Shown here one piece after another: positions 27,034 to 36,082 of a DNA stretch of 41,907 nucleotides. Each line of letters starts with the position of its first letter. Positions within the stretch are counted from its first letter, which is position 1. A program made the translations under genes and the position numbers. Source of the stretch: Thermotogota bacterium. GTDB lineage: Bacteria; Bipolaricaulota; Bipolaricaulia; UBA7950; UBA9294. Location of the stretch: contig JBDKUT010000119.1 of the NCBI GenBank assembly GCA_039679545.1, positions 1-41,907 on the forward strand, written 5' to 3'. The notes under the pieces were generated by a model. The model was given only the letters and a program-made list of their open reading frames with translations. It did no database searches and was not told the origin of the DNA.

Positions 27034-28275
27034 CTAGTAATCCCAATCGGACGCCGGCGTGGGCAGCGCGAGGGCTCGATCGAGCTCTTGCAGAAGCTCG
27101 GGCGGTGCTTCAAGGTCGTCCGTCCAGGAAAGGGCGGTCGGCGACCGAACCCCGAGCCAGGCGCGAGAGAAGGCGTTCACGGACGCGCGCAGCGTCGGGA
27201 GCGTCGGATCGGTGCCGAGTTCGGCGCCGCTTTCCGGGCCGAGCGTCACGATGTATGACCCTGCGACTCCGTGCCACGACGAATCCGGCAAAAGCGCTGT
27301 TTCGATCGGATCCGTGAGGTTGAGGTTGAAGCGCACCGACCCACGGAGGAGGTGCGTGGCCGCCAGCGTTGCGGAGAGGTCGAGGATGCGAATCTGCCAG
27401 TAGGCGCTGGACGACATGCGCTGGACGTGAGGGGACGCCTCGGTGAGTCGACGGCCCTTGAACGGCTGACGGAGCAGATCTTGGAGCTGCACGCCCGGGG
27501 GCTCGTGCAGCTCGATCGAGTGGATCTGGTCGGAGAGGCTGTGGATCAGAGCGATCAACTCGTGGAACTCCTCACGGGTGCGGAAGGCCATCCATTCGAT
27601 GGAGTAAGGACCTCGTCGCGGCTTCTCGGCCGAGCACCAGATGTGGTGCGTGAGGTGGCCGGCCTCGTCGCGGTATCCGAGACCGAAGGACTTCTCGCCC
27701 CAGAGCATGTCGGCGTGGGTAAGCTCGCTGGACACGATGGTTGCGGCGCCATGCCCGCGGTGGCGCTCCAGGCGATTGGCATGAACCGCCTCCCAGTCCG
27801 CCGACGTCAGCCGCACCGGCGTCTTCGGCGTGGAGCGCGGCAGGAGCTGCGCGGGGTCGAACGTGCACCAGATCTCGTACGGGCCGTTCCCGAACCCGAG
27901 GCGGTTGTAGAACCCCTGATCGAAAACCCCAATCGTGGCGACGGGAGTCCCGGTGATCGCCTCGTTGGCGATCGCCTGCGCAGTCGTTCGGCCCGCCAGT
28001 CCTTGCCGGCGGACGATGCGGCTGGTTGCGACGCCGGTCACGCATGCGAGGGGGATCTCGGTCTCAAGGTATCGGAGGGTCCCGGCGTGGATGTTGACGA
28101 AGCACTCGGCGGCTCCATCCACGACACAGACGACGGACCGAGAGCTCTCGGCGAACAGCCGGAATGCTTCCTCATTCTTCGCGCCGTCGACCCAGCCGCT
28201 TTCATTCCAGGTGCGGCGGCAAGCCTCGGCGTCGTCGCTTGGCCGGTACTTGCGGATCTCCACGGTCGATTTCAT
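27034..28275 (-). CDS. Eis-like GNAT acetyltransferase
   Basis: VTGVATSRIVRRQGLA, FYNRLGF; 413-aa multi-domain size typical of Eis; SD GGTGGAG. Confidence 0.8.
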   Translation of the reverse strand: MKSTVEIRKYRPSDDAEACRRTWNESGWVDGAKNEEAFRLFAESSRSVVCVVDGAAECFVNIHAGTLRYLETEIPLACVTGVATSRIVRRQGLAGRTTAQAIANEAITGTPVATIGVFDQGFYNRLGFGNGPYEIWCTFDPAQLLPRSTPKTPVRLTSADWEAVHANRLERHRGHGAATIVSSELTHADMLWGEKSFGLGYRDEAGHLTHHIWCSAEKPRRGPYSIEWMAFRTREEFHELIALIHSLSDQIHSIELHEPPGVQLQDLLRQPFKGRRLTEASPHVQRMSSSAYWQIRILDLSATLAATHLLRGSVRFNLNLTDPIETALLPDSSWHGVAGSYIVTLGPESGAELGTDPTLPTLRASVNAFSRAWLGVRSPTALSWTDDLEAPPELLQELDRALALPTPASDWDY

Positions 28276-28288
28276 CTGTGCTCTCCAC

Positions 28289-29038
28289 CTATCTCATGTA
28301 GATGCCGCCGTTGGCGTTGACCGTCTCACCGGTGATGTAGGCCGCGTCTTCCGAGGCGAGGAATCCGACCAAGGCGGCGATCTCTTCCGGCTCCGCGGCG
28401 CGGTGCGCCGGAATGCGGGACAGGATAGCCTCGCCGTGCCGGGTGAGCGAGTCCTGAGTCATGTCCGTTCGCGTGTATCCCGGGGAGACGGCGTTGACGG
28501 TGATCGCCGGCGCCAGTTCCAGGGCCAGCGACTTGGTCAGTCCGATCAGCCCGGCCTTCGCCGCCGCGTAGTGGGCGCCGTGGTCGGAGCCGGTCATCGC
28601 GCGGAGCGAGCAGATGTTGACGATACGTCCCCAAGGCTCGCTTCGCAGGTACGGGAGGGCGGCCTTGACCGCGTAGAACGCGGAGGACAAGTTGACGGCA
28701 ACGGCGCGGTTCCAGGCCTCGACTGTCAGTCCCTCGACCGTCGTGTGTTCGGAAAGGCCGGCGTTGTTCACGACGACGCGGATTCCGCCGAAGGTCTCGG
28801 CCGTCTTCTGGACCATGTGTTCGACGTCGGAGAACAACGCGACGTCCGCTCGGACGGCGATCGCTCGGCCGCCCTTCGCTTCGATCGTCCTCACCTGATC
28901 GCGGGCCGCGGCCTCGGACGCCATGTAGTTGATGCAAACGCCGTATCCGAGTTCGGCAAGGCGGCGCGCGATGGCGGCCCCGATGCCACGCGAGCTGCCG
29001 GTCACGAGCGCGCCGGGTTTGCGGTCGTTCTTGGTCAT
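28289..29038 (-). CDS. Short-chain dehydrogenase/reductase (FabG-like)
   Basis: TGSSRGIG, VNNAG, YAAAK, NAVSPG and ITGE..NANGG. Confidence 0.93.
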   Translation of the reverse strand: MTKNDRKPGALVTGSSRGIGAAIARRLAELGYGVCINYMASEAAARDQVRTIEAKGGRAIAVRADVALFSDVEHMVQKTAETFGGIRVVVNNAGLSEHTTVEGLTVEAWNRAVAVNLSSAFYAVKAALPYLRSEPWGRIVNICSLRAMTGSDHGAHYAAAKAGLIGLTKSLALELAPAITVNAVSPGYTRTDMTQDSLTRHGEAILSRIPAHRAAEPEEIAALVGFLASEDAAYITGETVNANGGIYMR

Positions 29039-29078
29039 GGCGTCGGGATTATAGGCGCAGGCGCCGGTTGACGCAGGG

Positions 29079-29921
29079 CTAGAGGTGCGTCAGCGCCGCT
29101 CGCGCGACGTCGACGCGTTCCTCGTCCTCGAGCCAGCGGGCGAGCTCGGGACGAACCACGTCAGGCCGCTTCCGCCCGAGCTTCCACATCGCCGTAGCAA
29201 CCGCCCGCCAAACGTAGCGCCGCTCGTCGAGGGACAGTTTCCGCAGCACGATGAGCGCTTTCTTGGCGACGTCGGCCGCGGCGGGCGACGTGAACGCCAT
29301 CGCTACGTTCCACAGAACCTGCTCGTCGTTCGACGTTGACCATTGGACGAGGTGCTCGAACGTGAGGGTCGGGTAGTGCTGCAGAAGGGCGGCGACGGCC
29401 GAAGGGCCAAGCGAGCGCCGAACGAGGGGATCTCGGTCGTTGAGCAGCGGGGCGATCAGGCGAAGGAGCGGGTCGGCTCGCTCGGTCCGCTCACGGCGGG
29501 CGGCGCCTGCGGCGGCGACGAGAACGGCGCGTCGGACGCTGGAGGATGAGCCGTCGCGCCACCGCTCGAGTCGGGGAAAGACGTGGGCGAACTCCGCGTC
29601 GAGAAGTCGGCCGGCGGACTCGGCGGCCGCGTCGCGTACGGAGGCTTCCTCGTCATCGATCAGGCCGACTACAAGATCGAGCGCCGGGTCGGGCGCCTCG
29701 GCGTAGACGTGCGCGCAGAGGATCGCGGCAAGCTGTCGCGCCGACGGCTCAGGCCTCTGAGCCAATTCCGTCGTGCGTTCGAGCAACACGCCGTCCTGCA
29801 AAGCTGTGTCGACGATTCGCTGTGCGGCGAAACGAATTCCCGAGGAGCGCTCCTCGGCGAGCGCGCGAACGAGCTCCTCGACTTCGTTTGCTGCAATGGC
29901 TCGATCGATCTCCGCTCGCAC
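29079..29921 (-). CDS. HEAT-repeat protein (AlkD/DNA-alkylation-repair-like architecture)
   Basis: Repeating L..D....VR..A helices. GTG 29921 chosen because the promoter TTGACT-N18-TAGAGT lies inside the longer ORF. Confidence 0.75.
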   Translation of the reverse strand: MRAEIDRAIAANEVEELVRALAEERSSGIRFAAQRIVDTALQDGVLLERTTELAQRPEPSARQLAAILCAHVYAEAPDPALDLVVGLIDDEEASVRDAAAESAGRLLDAEFAHVFPRLERWRDGSSSSVRRAVLVAAAGAARRERTERADPLLRLIAPLLNDRDPLVRRSLGPSAVAALLQHYPTLTFEHLVQWSTSNDEQVLWNVAMAFTSPAAADVAKKALIVLRKLSLDERRYVWRAVATAMWKLGRKRPDVVRPELARWLEDEERVDVARAALTHL

Positions 29922-29941
29922 GCCGCCCCCCCGTTCTCCCA

Positions 29942-29971
29942 ACTCTACGGAGAGAACGCGCGAAGAGTCAA
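29942..29971 (-). promoter_or_regulatory. Putative promoter of the HEAT-repeat gene
   Basis: TTGACT-N18-TAGAGT. Confidence 0.55.
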
Positions 29972-29980
29972 CCGATTGCC

Positions 29981-30009
29981 TTGCCGTGGCGGCGGCACGC
30001 ATCTACCAT
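29981..30009 (+). promoter_or_regulatory. Putative tnaA promoter
   Basis: TTGCCG-N17-TACCAT, back-to-back with the HEAT gene promoter. Confidence 0.5.
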
Positions 30010-30211
30010 TCTGTGACTCTTCTTCGTGCGGGGGTGGTTTACGTTGGCCGTGCCGATGCGGGCGAATCCACGGTGGGTGACGCGGAGGTCGAATCCTCTC
30101 GAGGCCGTGCGCCGGAACATCCCCTGTCCACGGTCCCGTCGCGCTTGAGCAAGGCGTCGACTCGGAACGGACGGGTTTGTGGTGGATGGATCTACAGAAA
30201 TGGGGAGTCCG

Positions 30212-31594
30212 ATGGACGAAACGATCTACCAGCCGTACCGCATCAAGGTGGTCGAGCCGATCACCCTGCGTTCTCCTCGAGAGAGGGAAGCGCGCCTCGT
30301 GGAGGCGGGCTACAACGTGTTCAACCTGCGCGCCGACGACGTGTATGTTGACCTTCTGACCGACTCCGGAACGGGGGCGCTCAGCCAGGAGCAGTGGGCG
30401 GCGATGATGCGCGGCGACGAGTCATACGCCGGAAGCCGAAGCTACGACCGGTTCCGCGCCGCCGTCGACGACATCTTCGGCTTTCGCTACGTCCTCCCGA
30501 CGCACCAAGGACGAGCGGCCGAGAACGTGCTCTTCTCGGCCGTCGTGCGGCCGGGGCACATCATTCCGAACAACATGCACTTCGACACGACGCGGGCAAA
30601 CCTCCTCGCGAACGGCGGCGATCCGGTGGACTTGCCGATCGAGGTCGCTTACGAACCGCAGACGCTGCACCCGTTCAAGGGGAACCTCGATCCGGCGAAG
30701 TTGGAGAAGCTCATCGCCGAGGTGGGTCCGGAGCGCATCCCGTTCGTGATGATGACCATTACGAACAACAGCGCCGGTGGCCAGCCGGTGTCGCTCGAGA
30801 ATCTGCGCGAGGTGAGCCGGATCGCCCACCGACACGGGCTCCCGCTGTTCATCGACGCGTGCCGGTTCGCGGAGAACACCTTCTTCATCCGCGAGCGAGA
30901 GGCGGGGTACGCGGACAAGACGCCGCTTGAGATCGCGCGGGAGATCTTCTCGCTTGCCGATGGCATGACGATGAGCGCGAAGAAGGACGGGCTCGCGAAC
31001 ATCGGCGGGATCCTCGCGATGAACGATCGCGACCTGTTCGAGGCGGCGCGGGAACGGCTCATTCTGATGGAAGGGTTCCCGACGTACGGAGGCCTTGCGG
31101 GGCGGGATCTTGAATCGATCGCCGTCGGTCTGCGCGAAGCCCTCGATCCGGCGTACCTCGCCGACCGGGTCGGACAGGCCCGCTACCTCGGCGAGGGCCT
31201 CAAGGACCGAGGCGTTCCGATCATTGAGCCGATCGGCGGCCACGCCGTGTACATCGACGCCCTGGGATTGCTCCCCGGATTCCCGCAGTCGGCGTTTCCG
31301 GCTTTGGCCGTGACGAACGCGCTCTACCTGGAGGCGGGCGTGCGCGGCGTCGAGATCGGGGGTGTGATGTTCGCGCACCCGAACGCGGAGGGGCGCACCG
31401 TCTATCCGCGTCTGGAGATGGTGCGCTTGGCCATCCCGCGGCGGATGTACACCCGCACGCACTTCGACGCTGTGATTTGCGGAGGCGAGGCCGTCGCCAA
31501 GAAGGCGAAATCCCTTCCGGGGTACCGGATCGTTGAGGGGGAAGGCCCGCTCCGTCACTTCGTCGCTCGTTTCGAGCTTGTGTCTCGTCGGTAG
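30212..31594 (+). CDS. tnaA: Tryptophanase (beta-eliminating lyase)
   Basis: [32 protein letters not shown] and [14 protein letters not shown] and LRHF match tryptophanase rather than tyrosine phenol-lyase (SGKKD, LRFF). SD GGGGAG. Confidence 0.88.
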   Translation: MDETIYQPYRIKVVEPITLRSPREREARLVEAGYNVFNLRADDVYVDLLTDSGTGALSQEQWAAMMRGDESYAGSRSYDRFRAAVDDIFGFRYVLPTHQGRAAENVLFSAVVRPGHIIPNNMHFDTTRANLLANGGDPVDLPIEVAYEPQTLHPFKGNLDPAKLEKLIAEVGPERIPFVMMTITNNSAGGQPVSLENLREVSRIAHRHGLPLFIDACRFAENTFFIREREAGYADKTPLEIAREIFSLADGMTMSAKKDGLANIGGILAMNDRDLFEAARERLILMEGFPTYGGLAGRDLESIAVGLREALDPAYLADRVGQARYLGEGLKDRGVPIIEPIGGHAVYIDALGLLPGFPQSAFPALAVTNALYLEAGVRGVEIGGVMFAHPNAEGRTVYPRLEMVRLAIPRRMYTRTHFDAVICGGEAVAKKAKSLPGYRIVEGEGPLRHFVARFELVSRR

Positions 31595-31600
31595 GCCGTC

Positions 31601-32506
31601 ATGTCCGCCGACCGCTTGGGTGCGCTGGCCGCGCTTGGAACCGCGGCGCTGTGGACCGGTAGCTACACGGCATTCACGCTCGCCGTGCGCCGGATCGGCG
31701 CCGACGCGCTGAACCGCCTGCGCCTTCTGGCCGCCCTCGTGCTCCTCGTCCTCACTCACGTGATTCTCACGGGGACGCCGATTCCGTTCGGCGCCGAGCC
31801 AAGCCGCTGGCTGTGGCTGTCGCTCTCGGGGGTGATCGGGTTTGCGATTGCCGACGCGTTCCTGTTCCGCGCCCTCTTCCACCTTGGGGCGCACCGAACG
31901 TCGATGGTCACGGCGCTCGTCCCCGTCGTCAGTGCGTTCCTCGCGTGGGCTGCATTCGGTGAGCGGCTGGGTTGGACGGAGATTGTGGCGAGCCTCGGGG
32001 TTGTGGGAGGGATCTTCCTCGTCCTGACGGGGCGGCGAACCGACGCCGAGGCCGGAGCGCCCAAGGGAAACCTGAAGCTCGGCCTCTTGTTCGGGCTTGG
32101 AGCGGTGGTCGCTCAGGCAACGCGCTACTTGCTGTCCGTCGAGGGGATGCGCGGCGGGTTCCCGCCCGTGTCGACCAACGTCATTCAGATCCTGGCGGCG
32201 ACGGTCGCCGCGTGGGCCGTTGCCCTCCGAAATCGCGGCTGGACGAAGACGGTCCGAACGCTCCGCGATCGGCGGGCGGCGGCCGCGATGGCGGTCGGCT
32301 CCGTGTTCGGGCCGTTCCTCGGCGTGACCTTCTCCCTTGTGGCGCTGGCCAACGCCTCCGTCGGCGTGGCGTCCACCCTGATGGCTGTCACCCCCGTCTT
32401 TCTCCTCCCGGTGTCGCGCTTTGCGTTCGGCGAGCGGCCGACGTGGCGAGCCTATGTGGGCACAGCACTGACCGTGGCCGGCGTAGCAGCGCTCTTCCTT
32501 ATCTAG
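31601..32506 (+). CDS. EamA/DMT family transporter
   Basis: About 10 TM segments in two EamA repeats (LSGVIGFAIAD; FGERL and FGERP). Confidence 0.9.
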   Translation: MSADRLGALAALGTAALWTGSYTAFTLAVRRIGADALNRLRLLAALVLLVLTHVILTGTPIPFGAEPSRWLWLSLSGVIGFAIADAFLFRALFHLGAHRTSMVTALVPVVSAFLAWAAFGERLGWTEIVASLGVVGGIFLVLTGRRTDAEAGAPKGNLKLGLLFGLGAVVAQATRYLLSVEGMRGGFPPVSTNVIQILAATVAAWAVALRNRGWTKTVRTLRDRRAAAAMAVGSVFGPFLGVTFSLVALANASVGVASTLMAVTPVFLLPVSRFAFGERPTWRAYVGTALTVAGVAALFLI

Positions 32507-33120
32507 TTCGCCCCGGACTCGTCACCCGACGGAGCAAGTTGGGGTGGGAGGGCGCCCCGAACGGCGCGCGGCGGGTCGGCGGTCATGTCGACGATGTCGG
32601 AGGGACGACCCCCGATGGGACCTGTCAGAATGAGGTCGATCGACGGGAACCGATCGATGATCTCGCCCACGTCCGAGAGCGGTGGAAGGCCGTGCGGGTT
32701 CACGCTCGTTCCGAAGAGCGGGCGGCCGAGCGCCGCCATGACCCGTGCGAAGAACGGGTGGTCGGGGACCCGGAGTCCGACGACGCCGTCCTGGACGGCC
32801 GAGGCAGGGGCCTGAGACCGAGCTGCCAGGAGCAACGTGTACGGTCCGGGGAGCAGCGATCGGACGAGCGCTCGTTGACGATCGGTGAGGACGGCGAAGA
32901 TCTCCACGGCGTCGACCGAGCTGAGGTGGAGTGTGAACGGCTGGTCGGCGTCGCGCTCCTTGAGCCGCCGCACCTTGTGCAATGCGGCTTCGTCCCACGG
33001 ATTTCCGCCGATTCCGTAGATCGTGTCCGTCGGAAAGACAATCGTGAGCCCGGTCTCGAGGGCCTCGGTCACGAGGCCGGGAACGCGCGGGTCGTCGTAC
33101 GCAAGCACCGTGGGGATCAT
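32503..33120 (-). CDS. tsaC: L-threonylcarbamoyladenylate synthase (YrdC/TsaC domain only)
   Basis: FPTDTIYGIG, LKER, LPGPYT, GLRVPDHP and TSVN; ATGA coupling to ychF. Confidence 0.9.
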   Translation of the reverse strand: MIPTVLAYDDPRVPGLVTEALETGLTIVFPTDTIYGIGGNPWDEAALHKVRRLKERDADQPFTLHLSSVDAVEIFAVLTDRQRALVRSLLPGPYTLLLAARSQAPASAVQDGVVGLRVPDHPFFARVMAALGRPLFGTSVNPHGLPPLSDVGEIIDRFPSIDLILTGPIGGRPSDIVDMTADPPRAVRGALPPQLAPSGDESGAN

Positions 33121-34205
33121 GCGCACACGAAGTGGACGACGTCTCCGTCGGCGATGAGCGCGTCGTGCCCGGCGCGACGGATCTTCCCCGCGTCCCGGAG
33201 GGCCTTCTCAGAGCCAGCGCGGAGAAGGTCGTCGAGGGCCATCACTTCAGCCACGACGAACCGATCGGCGAAATCAGAGTGGATCTTGCCGCCCGCATCG
33301 CGTGCCGTCGTGCCGGCTGGAACGGTCCAGGCACGGACCTCGGGCCCCTCGACGGTGAAGAATGTGATGAGGTTAAGGAGGCGATGCCCGGCGCGCACGA
33401 GCGCGGTGAGCCCGGTTTCGGAGAGGCCGTACTCGCTTAGGTAGGCGGCGCGCTCCTCAGGCGTCGAGCAGGTCTCGCCGATCTCGGCCTCAAGGCGCCC
33501 CCGGAGGATGACGGCCTCGGCGCCTCGTTCGCGCGCGGCGGCGAACACGGCGCGGGAGTGCTCGTTCTCTCCGGCGTCGCCGACGTTGGCGACGAAGAGG
33601 CTTGGCTTTGCGGTGAGAGGCGAGGCTTCCCGAACGAGGTCGGCGATCTCGTGCGTGATGGGAACGGATCGCACGGGGAGCCCCGCGGCGACCGCGTCCA
33701 CGAGCAGATTCCAGGTCGCCTCGCGGACGGGCGCATGTCGATCGGGTCCCCGGGTCTCCGCGTGAAGGCGAACGGCGACACGGCTCAGGGTCTCGTGGTC
33801 CTTGAGCAGGAGCTCGGTTTCGACGATCCCGATGTCCCGCAGGGGGTCGATGGTGCCCGTAACGTGGGCGACGTTCTCGTCCTCGAAGCAACGGACGACG
33901 TGAAGGATCGCGTCGACGGCTCGGATCTCGGAGAGGAACTGGTTTCCCATTCCCTCTCCCTCGCTTGCCCCTTGGACCAGGCCCGCGATGTCGATGACGT
34001 CGATGTGAGTCGGCACCTTCTTCTTCTGCGGGAAGAGCGCGGCAAGTCGGTCGAGACGTGTGTCGGGGACGGCGGCCGAACCGACGTTGGCTTCGATGGT
34101 GCAGAAGGGGTAGCTCTCGACACGCGCGCCGGCGTTGGCCAGGGCGTTGAAGATCGTCGACTTCCCCGCATTGGGAAGCCCGACCAGACCACACGCGAAG
34201 CCCAT
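33117..34205 (-). CDS. ychF: Ribosome-binding ATPase YchF (Obg family)
   Basis: GLPNAGKST, YPFCTIEAN, DIAGLV.GAS.GEGMGNQFL, HVVRCF, EVRAWT, AGKIHSDF and DGDV; SD GAGGTG. Confidence 0.95.
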   Translation of the reverse strand: MGFACGLVGLPNAGKSTIFNALANAGARVESYPFCTIEANVGSAAVPDTRLDRLAALFPQKKKVPTHIDVIDIAGLVQGASEGEGMGNQFLSEIRAVDAILHVVRCFEDENVAHVTGTIDPLRDIGIVETELLLKDHETLSRVAVRLHAETRGPDRHAPVREATWNLLVDAVAAGLPVRSVPITHEIADLVREASPLTAKPSLFVANVGDAGENEHSRAVFAAARERGAEAVILRGRLEAEIGETCSTPEERAAYLSEYGLSETGLTALVRAGHRLLNLITFFTVEGPEVRAWTVPAGTTARDAGGKIHSDFADRFVVAEVMALDDLLRAGSEKALRDAGKIRRAGHDALIADGDVVHFVCA

Positions 34206-34222
34206 GCGATCACCTCGCGGCA

Positions 34223-34281
34223 ACTATAGGAGGGGGATCGGGGGATGACAAGATGACCGTGGAACGTGGATCGGCTAGACT
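34223..34281. promoter_or_regulatory. Back-to-back divergent promoters for ychF and the lipoate operon
   Basis: Minus strand TTGTCA-N17-TATAGT (34251 to 34223); plus strand ATGACC-N17-TAGACT (34253-34281). Confidence 0.55.
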
Positions 34282-34301
34282 CCGCGCGAAAGGACGGGGA
34301 G

Positions 34302-34547
34302 ATGAAGCAGACGACGACGGAGGTTCTCCTTCCCGATCTCGGAGAGGTTGAGGGCGCGGTGGTGGTCGGCTGGCTTCGAGGCGTCGGGGACTCGGTGCGG
34401 GAGGGCGAAGACCTCCTCGAGGTCGAGACCGAGAAGACGACGTTCGTGGTGCCGGCTCCCGCTTCGGGGCGCTTGACGCGCATCGCGGCGGAGGAAGGAA
34501 AGCGGGTGCAGGTCGGTGAGCGACTCGGTGACATTACAGCGGAGTGA
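34302..34547 (+). CDS. Free-standing lipoyl-carrier domain protein (E2-type), 81 aa
   Basis: LPDLGE...W...GDSVREGEDLLEVETEKTT..VPAPASG; the attachment lysine lies in ETEK; no other domains. Confidence 0.9.
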   Translation: MKQTTTEVLLPDLGEVEGAVVVGWLRGVGDSVREGEDLLEVETEKTTFVVPAPASGRLTRIAAEEGKRVQVGERLGDITAE

Positions 34548-35223
34548 GACCGCGTTCCACGTTCCGCTTGGGCGCATGGCGTACGGCCGTACGCTCGACA
34601 TCCAGCGCCGCGTGCACGCCCTGCGCGTCGTGGGAGCGCTTCCCGATGTTCTTCTCACGGTGGAGCACGACCCGGTCTTTACGCGGGGGCGGAGCGCACG
34701 GCCGGTGGAGTACCTCGTGTCGACTGAGGATGTCGCCCGTGCGGCGATTCCCGTAGTTGATGTGGAGCGCGGCGGGGACGTGACGTACCACGGTCCGGGG
34801 CAGCTTGTCGCCTATCCGATCGTCGACCTGCGATGCTACGGCCGGGATGTAAAGCGCTACGTGGGGATGCTGGAGAGCGCGGCAATTGGCACGCTCCGCG
34901 TGTTCGGCATCGACGCCGGCCCACGCGCGGGATTCCCAGGGGTTTGGGTGCGGGAGGGGAAGATCGCATCGGTCGGCATCTACGTGAAGGATTGGGTGAC
35001 GCGCCACGGGCTGGCTCTCAACGTGGACGTCGACCCGGCCCACTTCGGGATGATCAACCCGTGTGGACTTCCGGTGAGAGCGGTGTCGATGAGCGACCTT
35101 CTGGCGCGGCCGATCGGCATGGCAGAGGTCGAGGAGGCCTTGGTTGTCCACCTGGCTCGCCTCCTCGGTCGGCGACTCGAACGCCGATCGCTCACGGATC
35201 TTGAGGAGCAGGTCTGTGCCTGA
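34528..35223 (+). CDS. lipB: Lipoyl(octanoyl) transferase
   Basis: EHDPVFTRG, ERGGDVTYHGPGQLVAYP, KIASVG, HGLALN and INPCG. Start uncertain (34516 or 34528). Confidence 0.95.
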   Translation: MTLQRSETAFHVPLGRMAYGRTLDIQRRVHALRVVGALPDVLLTVEHDPVFTRGRSARPVEYLVSTEDVARAAIPVVDVERGGDVTYHGPGQLVAYPIVDLRCYGRDVKRYVGMLESAAIGTLRVFGIDAGPRAGFPGVWVREGKIASVGIYVKDWVTRHGLALNVDVDPAHFGMINPCGLPVRAVSMSDLLARPIGMAEVEEALVVHLARLLGRRLERRSLTDLEEQVCA

Positions 35224-36082
35224 GCGACCGGAGTGGCTGAAGGTCCGCGTCCCGACGCCGGCGGCGGCCGAGAGGATGCGTGTTGTGCGGCAGGTTCTGG
35301 CGAAGCACCAACTCACGACGATTTGCCAGGGTGCCCTGTGCCCGAACGCGGTTGAGTGCTGGAGCGCGGGGACGGCGACGTTCATGATCCTGGGCGACGT
35401 CTGCACGCGCGGGTGCAGGTTCTGCGCGGTCGAGACGGGGAATCCGGAAGGCGCCCTCGACCGGGGCGAGCCGGCGCGGGTCGGCGCGGCGGTACGGGAT
35501 CTCAAGTTGCGGCACGTCGTCCTCACGTCGGTGGATCGGGACGACCTTCCGGATGGCGGCGCCGCCGCGTTCGTCGAGACCGTGCTTGAGATCAAGCGGG
35601 CATTGCCGAAGAGTGTTGTCGAGCTCTTGCTTCCGGACTTCTCCGGTGACCCCAGAGCGCTGCTCCGTGTGATGGCGAGCGAAGCCGATATCCTGGGGCA
35701 CAACCTTGAAACCGTGGAGCGATTGACGCCCGCGCTTCGCGACCGCCGAGCGTCGTATCAGCAGTCGCTCGACGTCCTGCAATTCCTTCGCACAGGCGCG
35801 AGGGGAAGGGCGATCAAGAGCGGCCTCATGTTAGGATTGGGAGAGCGGCGCAGCGAGGTCCGCGAAGCGCTCGAGGACCTGCACGAAGCGGGGACCACCT
35901 GGGTGACGATCGGCCAGTACCTCCCCCCGACCTCGATGTCCGCGGCGCTTCGCCGGTACGTGCCGCCGGAGGAGTTTCGAGAGCTCGAGGTCGAGGCACG
36001 GGAGATTGGGTTCTCGTGGGTCATTGCGGGGCCCCTCGTCCGAAGCTCGTACCACGCCCAGGTCGTGTACGGAGCCCGATGA
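35216..36082 (+). CDS. lipA: Lipoyl synthase (radical SAM)
   Basis: CX4CX5C (CQGALCPNAVEC), CX3CX2C (CTRGCRFC), TSVDRDDL, HNLETV and RSSY. Confidence 0.97.
   Translation: MPERPEWLKVRVPTPAAAERMRVVRQVLAKHQLTTICQGALCPNAVECWSAGTATFMILGDVCTRGCRFCAVETGNPEGALDRGEPARVGAAVRDLKLRHVVLTSVDRDDLPDGGAAAFVETVLEIKRALPKSVVELLLPDFSGDPRALLRVMASEADILGHNLETVERLTPALRDRRASYQQSLDVLQFLRTGARGRAIKSGLMLGLGERRSEVREALEDLHEAGTTWVTIGQYLPPTSMSAALRRYVPPEEFRELEVEAREIGFSWVIAGPLVRSSYHAQVVYGAR

Noticed and set aside
26014..29921. DEDDh exonuclease, HEAT-repeat protein and GNAT as a defence or toxin system
   Set aside because: No mobile or defence context, host-like composition, and several of the genes have separate promoters.
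30212..31594. Tyrosine phenol-lyase assignment
   Set aside because: The SAKKD and LRHF motifs favour tryptophanase.
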